DNA of 64,000 nt from Octopus vulgaris. Its lineage: Eukaryota. The notes under the pieces are model-generated. The model was given only the letters and a program-made list of their open reading frames with translations. It was not told the origin of the DNA and made no database searches. The position numbers were made by a program, and so were the translations under genes. Location of the stretch: assembly GCA_951406725.2 (NCBI GenBank), contig OX597823.1, positions 108,252,001 to 108,316,000 on the forward strand. Reading direction: 5' to 3'. Positions 54,726-64,000 of the stretch are shown here, piece after piece; position 1 is the stretch's first letter; each line of letters starts with the position of its first letter.

Positions 54726-55581
54726 CAGGGTGCTGTGAATAAATTGTCATCCAAATTACACAAAAAGAAAATAACACTGACATCTCATTTTAACAGATTT
54801 ATTTACCAAAACTGCATAAATACATCTTGAAATGCTAAAGAGTAAATTTATTCAATAAAATCGCCATTGGCTTCAACTACGGTCTCCAGACAACTTCTGA
54901 ATCTCCAGCAACTCTTCTAGACAGTCTCCATGCTGCCAAAATCCTTGCCTTCAGTTCATCTTTGGTATTACAAGGAGTTTTGTTGGTCTCTCACTCAACT
55001 GCACCCTAAACATAATAATCAAGGGGATTGCAGTCTAGGAAGTTAGGTGACCAGATGTTAGGGGTGATGTGATCTAGGAAATTGTCTCACAGCTTTGACT
55101 GGGTTCTTCTGCTTGTGTGGCAGGGTGCAGAATCCTGTTGCCAGATATGAGGTCTTCCAGCAGCCACCCTCTTCACCCAGGGCAGCACTACCTCCTCCAG
55201 GTACTTGATATAGGCCTCTGTGTTGAGTGTGAAGCCATGTGAGAAGATGAATGGAAGGATAACGTTGCCATCACTAGTGGTCACTCCAAAAACCATGATG
55301 TTGACTGGATGTTTGATTTTTATCACTCTCGGTACATGTCGTCTGATTAACAACCAAACACTCTGAAATGTTTGTATTGGAGCTTCCAGTGCAAACGCCA
55401 AGCAGTACAGCATGTTGTTTCCAAATTTCTGGCAGAGTGAATTGCATCACGGTGCTGTTTTTCTCACAGACAGTCCCCTACTGACCCTACAATACTGTGT
55501 AATCGACAAAATCAAAAACAAAGAACGTGCATGTGTGAATTTAAAAATATAAAATGGTGACAATTTACCCATCGCACCCTG
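54726..55581 (-). mobile_element. Internally deleted maT/DD37D-like transposon with both TIRs
   Basis: TA|cagggtgc..taaattgtca and tgacaattta..gcaccctg|TA; MVFGVTTSDG, WQQDSAPCH and DCNPLDY motifs. Confidence 0.92.
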
Positions 55582-56451
55582 TATATGTGTGTGTGTGTGT
55601 GTGTTAAGTGTAATCTATCTTTTTGTTTGTAATCTCTCATAATCACTGATATCTTTGTGGTAGATATTAAACATACATATATGTATACACACATACACAC
55701 ATATGTGTATCTGTATGCATAGGTGTGTGTGTGTGTGTATATGCATGTAAGACTGTGAATGGATTGATTTCACATGTAGATATAACTGTACGGGAGGTAG
55801 ATTGTAAGGGGAGATACAACTGTCACAGAACACGTGCTGGGGTAGTGAGGCTTATAATGTGCCGGTTGGGTGTTTGTATGTGTGTATGTGTCTTGGTTTG
55901 TGTATGTTTATCTGTTAGTTTCTATGTGTCGGTGTATGGAGCTGTGTGAGTGCATATTTGTGGAGGTGAGTAGGTGTATGTATCTGTGTATGTCAGTATG
56001 TTTTTTTGGTCGATAAATGTGTGGGTGTATTGGGTATATATGTGTGAGTGTACATAGCTCTTGATATATGTTTGTGTTATAACATAAGGGCATGTGTGTG
56101 CTTGTATGTGTATGTGAGGGTGCATGCAGTTGAGTGGGTGTGCTTGGGAGTGAGTGTACTTATGATCGTTAGTAAGTATATGGATTGATGCATGTGAGTG
56201 GTCAGTGGAGGTATATGCGTATGTCAACATGTATGTATATTCATACATACACGCACACACAAATAGACAGACACACACACGTACACACACAAACACACAA
56301 ACACACACACACGTCTATAATGATTGCCTCATCTTGTTGGAGGATTGCTCTTCTCTTATTCAGTATTAAAATGATAGGGAAACATATCTACATCACTGGA
56401 TTTAAGTGACAAAAGCTTTTACAATACTTTTACCATTTTCGGTCACTATAC

Positions 56452-56853
56452 TCTCTTTTACTCTTTTTCTTGTTTCAGTCATTTGACTGCAGCCATGCTG
56501 GAGCACCGCCTTTAGTCGAGCAAATCGACCCCAGGACTTATTCTTTGTAAGCCCAGTACTTATTCTTTCGGTCTCTTTTGCTGAACCGCTAAGTGACAGG
56601 GACATAAACACACCAGCATCAGTTGTCAAGCAATGCTAGGGGGACAAACACAAACACACAATACAACACACACACACACTTATATATATATACATATATA
56701 TGACAGGCTTCTTTCAGTTTCCATCTACCAAATCCACTCACAAGGCATTGGTCGGCTCAGGGCTATAGCAGAAGACACTTGCCCAAGATGCCACGCAGTG
56801 GGACTGAACCCGGAACCATGTGGTTGGTTAGGAAGCTACTTACCACACAGCCA
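56452..56853 (-). mobile_element. SINE family B copy
   Basis: Homology to 36995-37399. Confidence 0.92.
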
Positions 56854-56862
56854 CAGTAGGTT

Positions 56863-57476
56863 CCAGTGACAAATATTCTTTTTACTCTGTGCACAAGGCC
56901 CGAAATTTTAGGGTAGGGGGCCAGATGATTAGATCAACCCAAGTATGCAGCTAGTACTTAATTTATCGGCCCTGCAAGGATGAAAGGCAAAGTCGACCTT
57001 GGCAGAAGCCAGTGACAAATATTCTTTTCTACTCTAGGCAAAAGGCCTGAAATTTTTGGGGAGGGTAGGGGGCAGTCGATTAGGTCGACTCCAGTATGCA
57101 ACTGGTACTTAATTTATCGGCCCTGAAAGGATGAAAGGCAAAGTCGACCTTGGCAGAAGCCAGTGACAAATATTCTTTTCTACTCTCAGCACAAGGCCTG
57201 AAATTTTGGGGGAGGCGGGGGGGGGGGGAAGTCGATTAGGTCGACCCCAGTATGCATTTGGTATTTAATTTATCGGCCCCACAAGGATGAAAGGCAAAGT
57301 CGACCTCGGCAGAATCCAGTGACAAATATGCTTTTCTACTATAGGCACAAGGCCAAAATGTTTTGGGAGAGGGCCAGTCAATTAGATCAGCCACTGTACA
57401 CAACTGGTGCTTAATTTATCAACTCCGCAAGGATGAAAGGCAAAGTCGACCTTGGTGGAATCCAGTGACAAATATT
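56863..57476 (-). repeat. Tandem array of four identically truncated SINE A-related 3' halves (~146-156 bp units)
   Basis: ccagtgacaaatat occurs five times (56863, 57009, 57160, 57316, 57462), delimiting four units. Confidence 0.92.
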
Positions 57477-58062
57477 GCAAGACAGCTGGTACCATTTTGA
57501 CTCTAAGTTCTATGTCAGAGTTCCTCTCTTCTAGAAGAGCTGCCTTCCAAATGGCTATTTAAAAAAATAACAAGAGTCTCCTCTAGTCCTGGGAAATTTA
57601 TTTAAACCATATGGGTCCCTGAGTGTTACTTCTGTTCTGAGTCAGAACAGACTTGGGAGTAACGGCTGGTTATAAAAGGGTAATTTCATGCTCCTCACGA
57701 CTCCAGAACTCCCAAGCTGGAGCTTCACCACTTGATGCAGTTTAATATGATACTCAGGACATTACATTCTATACCTATATATCTTTCTCAGAAAAATGGA
57801 GATTCTAAAAGTATATCATTTATGTCTATGCCAAGGTACCCAGCCTCTCTTTGTAGAGTCTACCCCACACAACTCATCTTCCTAACACCCCACCTTTTAC
57901 ACACTTCCAACCATGGCACTATTCGTTTTAGGTGCTTTAATCGTGGCCTGGCTCTCTGTCAGTTATGGCAATTAGTGTTCCAGCTGATTGATTCAATCAA
58001 TGGAACAGCCTGCTCGTGAAATTAATGTGAAAATGGCTGAGTACACTACAGACACATATACC

Positions 58063-58461
58063 TATTTCTTTACTACCCAAAGGGGCTAAACACGGAGGCG
58101 ACAAACAAGGACAGGCAAACGGATTATGTCGATTATATCAACCCCAGTGCGTAACTGGTACTTATTTAATCTACCCCGAAAGGATGAAAGGCAAAGTTGA
58201 CCTCGGCAGAATTTGAACTCAGAACATAGCAGCAGACGAAATACTACAAGGGGCTAAACACAGAGGGGACAAACAAGGACAGACAAACGGATTAAGTCGA
58301 TTATATCAACCCCAGTGCGTAACTGGTACTTATTTAATCGACCCCGAAAGGATGAAAGGCAAAGTTGACCTCAGCGGAATTTGAACTCAGAACGTAACAG
58401 CAGACAAAATACAGCAAGGCATTTCGCCCGGTGTGCTAACATTTCTGCCAGCTCACCGCCT
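58063..58461 (-). mobile_element. SINE family A with internal ~170-bp duplication, nested in a family C-related SINE (~57940-58690)
   Basis: TSD tacagacacatatacc / tacagacacttatacc. Confidence 0.88.
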
Positions 58462-58729
58462 TACAGACACTTATACCATTAACATAGTTCTCAGGGAGAT
58501 TTAGTGAAGCACAGAATATGACAAGGTCGGCCCTGTGAATTTCAGGTACAACTCATTTCTGCAAGCTGTGTGGACTATAACAATGTGAAATAAAGTGTCT
58601 TGCTCAAGAACAGAATGTGCCGCCAGGAATCGTACCCATGAGCTTATGCTTGTGAGCAGAATACTCTCACCAATATGTCATGTATCTTCACAAATGAAAT
58701 TATATGACAGCAGAACTGCACACATTTCA

Positions 58730-59574
58730 TTCCCACTTTTGTGCTTTTTGTCATCCATTTTCCAATATCATCCCTTACTGTTGTATTTCCCATTGAATAC
58801 CCCATTCATCCTGACTTTTCAACCACTTTTCACTCATACACATGCTCATTTTATCAACAACAGCCTCACTGTTTCCATCCCAATTTATTTCTGACCTCAT
58901 CCCTTTCACTGTGCATCACACACACCCTGTATTTCACATCGTCCCTGTTGCCATCAGTAACCTCTCTGATATATTTCCTGTTGCCACCACCTTCCACACC
59001 AAACTGATATTCACCATTGACCATAATTTCACCTGTGTTCATCAATCACTGCATTCCCCTCTGCCCCCATCTCTATCTACCAGCCACTGAATTTACCAAA
59101 CCACTCACCCTGTTTGATCCTCCATTCCACTTCCCTTATATTCACGTTCCTGCACCTTGAGGGTATGCCCTCACACCTCATCCCCACCATCTTTTGTCTT
59201 TTTCTAGCTGGGGTAACCATGCATCTCCTCTAACCCAACACAGCTTTCCATGTCCCTCTGTTATACTTCACATCACATCAGTGCTACATCCCACTTGATT
59301 GAAGTATATTGTCTTGTGAGATAATTGGAGATTTCACTAGTGGTGGTGCAATGAAGACAGGTGCTAGTGCCATGTAAAAAAGCACTGAGTCCACTCTGCA
59401 GAGTGGTTGGTGTTAAGAAGGGTATCCAGCCATAAAAACCCTGCTGAAACAGACACAGTTGCCTTGGGTAGTTTTCTACCTGGCCAGCTCTTGTCAACCG
59501 TCCTGCCAATGCATGCATGAAAGATGAACGTTAAATGATGATGATGATAATGATGATGCTGCTGCTGCTGATGA

Positions 59575-59621
<47 letters not shown>

Positions 59622-60003
59622 CCAGTGGCACATAAAAAGCACCGTCCGAATGTGGCCGATGCCAGCGCTGCCTCGACTGGCTCCAGTGCTGGTGGTACAT
59701 AAAAAGCACCATCCGAACGTGGCCATTGCCAGTGTCGCATTGGCTGGCTTCGATGCTGGTGGCACGTTAAAAGCTCCAACCGATCGTGGCTGATGCCAGA
59801 CCCCCTGGCACCTGTGCAGGTGGCACGTAAAAAGAATCCACTACACTCGTGGAGTGGTTGGCGTTAGGAAGGGCATCCAGCTGTAGAAACTCTGCCAGAT
59901 CAGACTGGAGCCTGGTGCAGCCCCTGGCTTCCCAGACCCTGGTCGAACCGTCCAACCTATGCTAGCACGGAAAACGGACGTTAAACGATGAGGATAATGA
60001 TGA

Positions 60004-60006
<3 letters not shown>
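58730..60006 (+). mobile_element. Two consecutive RTE 3'UTR/tail fragments (older to 59578, younger 59619-60006)
   Basis: Both end in gagtggttgg..gaaggg.atccagc..acgttaaa-(GAT)n; left limit approximate. Confidence 0.78.
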
Positions 60007-60035
<29 letters not shown>

Positions 60036-60038
<3 letters not shown>

Positions 60039-60180
60039 TCCTCTTATTCCTTTCTGTTGAAGAGCATAGGCTCAAAACATAAAAGACTTTTCCTTTTTTC
60101 TCGAGCATCAAACTTGTACACTTGCTTGTTGTTCCCTACACTTGTCTTCATCTTGTTTTTTTTTTATAAATTTGAACTAT
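60036..60180 (+). mobile_element. Short element in (TA)n with decayed minimal hammerhead-like motif (60050-60085)
   Basis: cttt-CTGTTGA-a-gagc(atag)gctc-AAAA-ca-TA-aaag; stems I and II intact, core mutated. Confidence 0.55.
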
Positions 60181-60191
60181 ATATATATATT

Positions 60192-60365
60192 AGTGTCTTT
60201 GTGTCTATGTTTGTCCCTCACTGCTTGACAACCAGTGCTGGTGTGTTTATATCCTTGTAACTTGGTAGTTTGGCAAAACAGGCCAATAGAGTAAGTACCA
60301 AGCTTTTAAAAAAATAAGCACTGGGGCTGATACTTTTGACTAAAAATACTTCGAGTTGGTGGACA
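60192..60365 (+). mobile_element. Diverged 3' half of SINE family B
   Basis: gcttgacaacc..gctggtgtgttta..gagtaagtacca. Confidence 0.7.
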
Positions 60366-60436
60366 TATGTAACATGTATATATATATATATATAAATTAA
60401 ATAAAGTTTGGATATACTCCCTAATATTATTATATA

Positions 60437-60444
<8 letters not shown>

Positions 60445-60471
<27 letters not shown>

Positions 60472-60591
60472 TTGTATGTATGTATGTATGTATGTATGTA
60501 TGTATGTATGTATGTATGTATGTATGTATGTATGTGTGTATGTATGTATGTATGTGTGTATGTATGTATGTATGTATGTATGTATGTATGC

Positions 60592-60635
<44 letters not shown>

Positions 60636-60716
60636 GTATGTATGTATGTATGTATGTATGTATGTATGTATGTATGTATGTATGTATGTATGTATGTATG
60701 TATGTATGTATGTATG

Positions 60717-60747
<31 letters not shown>

Positions 60748-60800
60748 GTATGTATGTATTCATGTATGTATGTAAGTATGTATGTATGTATGTATGTATA
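60445..60800. repeat. (TATG)n microsatellite
   Basis: Directly visible. Confidence 0.97.
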
Positions 60801-61490
60801 ACATATATATATATATAAGCTTATGTAAACATCCTCACACTGTCTCTTATACGAAATACATTGCTGTAGAGGGGAGGGGATAGGAGCTAGTGAAGATGCT
60901 AGTGAAGATATATCTCCACCATAATCTACAGAATCATCATATTCCCCACCCATATCATGTTAACAGCACTTTATGGAAACACAGAATCAGATGACATCAT
61001 ACACCCTCATTGCATCCCATTAACACCTTGTTACCAGCATTCCCTACAATGGCATCAGGCAGCAAAAAATACCCTTCTTCTGCCTATCAGAGCTTTGATA
61101 ATTACATCCCTGTATGTATTAACATCAATCACTGTAACAGCATCCAATTGATATCTTGTTAACAGCATCATAGTGTCAAACAGCATTAAACACCTTTATC
61201 TCACCTATCAGTGTTCTGTTACAAGCATCCCAATATCAGACATAATCAAACACCGTCACTGCAGACTGTTAACATATTGCTAACATAACGCACTGTTCAC
61301 ACCGTGCACTCATAACATGTCACACTTTTATCACGATACACTTGTTAACAAAACAGTTAACAAAACGTTCTGTTAGCACAAACACTGTTAACACATTCTT
61401 AACACAACACATTGCTAGCATAACTGATTTTTATCATGGCACAAGAAATATTTGAACTTTGTATGTATTAAGACACAACTACAGACATAT

Positions 61491-61703
61491 ACTCTCTTTT
61501 TACTCTTTTACTTGTTTCAGTCATTTGACTGCGGCCATGCTGGAGCACCGCCTTTAGTCAAGCAAATCGACCCCGGGTCTTATTCTTTGTGAGCCCAGTA
61601 CTTATTCTATCGGTCTCTTTTGCCGAACCACTAAGTGACGGGGATGTAAACACACCAGCATCGGTTGTCAAGCAATGCTAGGGGGACAAACACAGACACA
61701 CAA

Positions 61704-61750
<47 letters not shown>

Positions 61751-61913
61751 CATATATACGACAGGCTTCTTTCAGTTTCCGTCTACCAAATCCACTCACA
61801 AGGCATTGGTCGGCCCGGGGCTATAGCAGAAGACACTTGCCCAAGATGCCACGCAGTGGAACTGAACCCGCAACCATGTGGTTGGTAAACAAGCTACTTA
61901 CCACACAGCCACT
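61491..61913 (-). mobile_element. SINE family B copy flanked by ~175-bp direct repeats
   Basis: 61316-61490 is repeated at 61914-62086. Confidence 0.92.
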
Positions 61914-62154
61914 CATGTCACACTTTTATCACGATACACCAGTAAAATACTGTTAACAAAACGTTCTGTTAGCACAAACACTGTTAACACATCCTTAACA
62001 CAACACACTTCTAGCGTAACAGATTTTTATCATGGCACAAGAAATATTTGAACTTTGTATGTAGTAAGACACAACTACAGACATATGTTTCAAACCATTT
62101 GACTCTAACAGTAAAGTACAGTGGAAACAGACCTGTAAGGCCATTAGATAAACT

Positions 62155-62557
62155 GGATCTTTTCGGTTTGAACAGCAGTTTTTTCTAGCAGTGTCATATG
62201 AAATTGTCACCCATAATTATGACCCTAGTATCGATCTATTGCATTTCAATCTATTTTAGGGGTAGGGGGAAGAGTATCTTTTTTTCTTCACAAATGTAAA
62301 TAAATCCAATGTTTCTTAAACGAGGAACATATTCATACAGCACAGAATGTTTTCACCTCATTAGATGGTCATTGATTGGTTGAAATTGCCAAAATGCAAG
62401 AAATTGAAGACCAAATATCTTAAAAACTATAGAATTTTCTCAATAAAGCCAAGAGAAAAAGATGTTTTATAAACACATTCTACTTGTATATGAAGTTTAA
62501 AACCTTTTTGTTACCTAGAAATTATGTTAAAAACTGCCGTTCAAACCGGAAAGATCC
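62155..62557. mobile_element. MITE with ~29-bp TIRs (possibly Merlin-like)
   Basis: ggatcttttcggtttgaacagcagttttt / aaaaactgccgttcaaaccggaaagatcc; flanks gataaact / aataaacc. Confidence 0.85.
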
Positions 62558-63229
62558 AATAAACCTTTATATTTAGAAAAAGAATTACATATATTTTGAA
62601 TAATTAAAAATGTAAAGGGCTAAAGGAAATAATCCAAAGGGGCCAATGACATGAATATAGATAATTTAGTTAAATAAAAAATGGTGTAATAAATGTAATT
62701 CATAAAAAATTTCTTTTTAATTTCCATCAGCAGAAAATCTTTCACAGAAACTCTTTCACTCTAAACAAGATATTTATTTATTAGTAATTCACTTGTTTCA
62801 CCCATTGCATAATGACCATGCTGGCACATGCCCTTATAGGGTTTTAGATGAACAAAAGTCTGATTAGCACTCAATCACTCTCTTTTGCTGAACCACTAGG
62901 TTATAGATATGTGAATATCAACCATATTCACTCGCAAGGTTTTGGTTGGCCCGTGGCTATAAAAGGAGCTTGCCCAAATCACCACATAGTGAGACTGAAC
63001 CCATAACCATGCCAGCATCTAAATCAACGACCTGAACAAGGCTTTCATTTCTTAAGTATTCCTCTCTCTGTAACTTTGCCATACATCCATGAATCAACGG
63101 GGAGAGCCTCAACATGACTCTACAACAGGCTAGAAATGGGAACCAGAATCCTTTAAGCCACATATGACTGTATTGCAAATGGTAGAGTATATTGGTTAAA
63201 GAGATCTAAGACAAGTAGTTTTTAAAAAT

Positions 63230-63264
<35 letters not shown>

Positions 63265-63313
63265 CAACAACAACAATAATAATAATAATAATAATAATAA
63301 CAACAACAACAAC

Positions 63314-63348
<35 letters not shown>

Positions 63349-63408
63349 TAATAATAATAATAGTAATATGTGTCTGTGTGTGTGTGTCAATATATATACC
63401 TATATATG

Positions 63409-63445
<37 letters not shown>

Positions 63446-63484
63446 GTGTATGTGTGTGTGTGTGTATACACACATATATATATA

Positions 63485-63628
63485 TTGGTTGGCATTAGGA
63501 AGGGCATACAGCTGTAGAAACTCTACCAGATCAAGATTGAAGCCTGGTGTGCCATCCGGTTCACCAGCCCTCAGTCAAATCGTCCAACCCATGCTAGCAT
63601 GGAAAACGGACGTTAAACGATGATGATG
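63485..63628 (+). mobile_element. RTE 3' tail fragment
   Basis: Homology to 18405-18556. Confidence 0.85.
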
Positions 63629-63632
63629 TATG

Positions 63633-63735
<103 letters not shown>

Positions 63736-64000
63736 GGGGTGATCATGGCTGGAATACATTACACTTATTGGCCATTTTCACCAGAGGTGACTTGGAATTA
63801 CACAACAACATCGTCATTTCTTTATCCCACCATTTGTCTGTTTCTAGTTCTGTTAAACAATTTCAAATATTAACATTCATGAAGTATGTTGGTCATAACT
63901 AAGAGGTAAAAAAACTATGTCTGTCTGTTTGTCTGACTGTAGATGCTTTAAACCCATACATGCACATGCCTACACATGTATATATATATATATATATATA

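Noticed and set aside
56863-57476. CRISPR-like repeat-spacer appearance (also the VNTR at 49764-51112)
   Set aside because: The spacers are homologous to each other, the context is eukaryotic and there are no cas genes
60306-60953. 215-aa ORF starting MGGEYDDSVDYGG
   Set aside because: Only ~45 unique codons before running into (TACA)n; no supporting splice pair or homology

Overview
Very AT-rich, microsatellite-saturated eukaryotic DNA. The repeat repertoire resembles a cephalopod (Octopus-like) intronic or intergenic region; this is an inference, not a database result. No intact, recognisable protein-coding gene is present, and almost all ORF-track entries are translations of simple repeats or transposable element (TE) debris. 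The window is a mosaic of mobile elements: several tRNA-headed SINE families, RTE LINE pieces, a 5'-truncated L1/Tx1 element inside a (TATC)n tract, an R4/Dong-type RLE LINE next to (TAA)n arrays, a decayed Penelope-like element, mariner and maT transposons, Helitron-like elements and several MITEs. A few candidate minus-strand exons are low confidence. The most notable signals are: five hammerhead-ribozyme-like motifs (one in the Penelope element, four in or near short non-coding elements); a 12-copy frame-preserving VNTR encoding an acidic Gly/Ser/Asp repeat; a SINE flanked by a ~175-bp direct repeat; a triplicated ~0.55-kb (TAA)-tailed element beside a Dong-like LINE; and reconstructable nested insertions. 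Boundaries of decayed elements are approximate.
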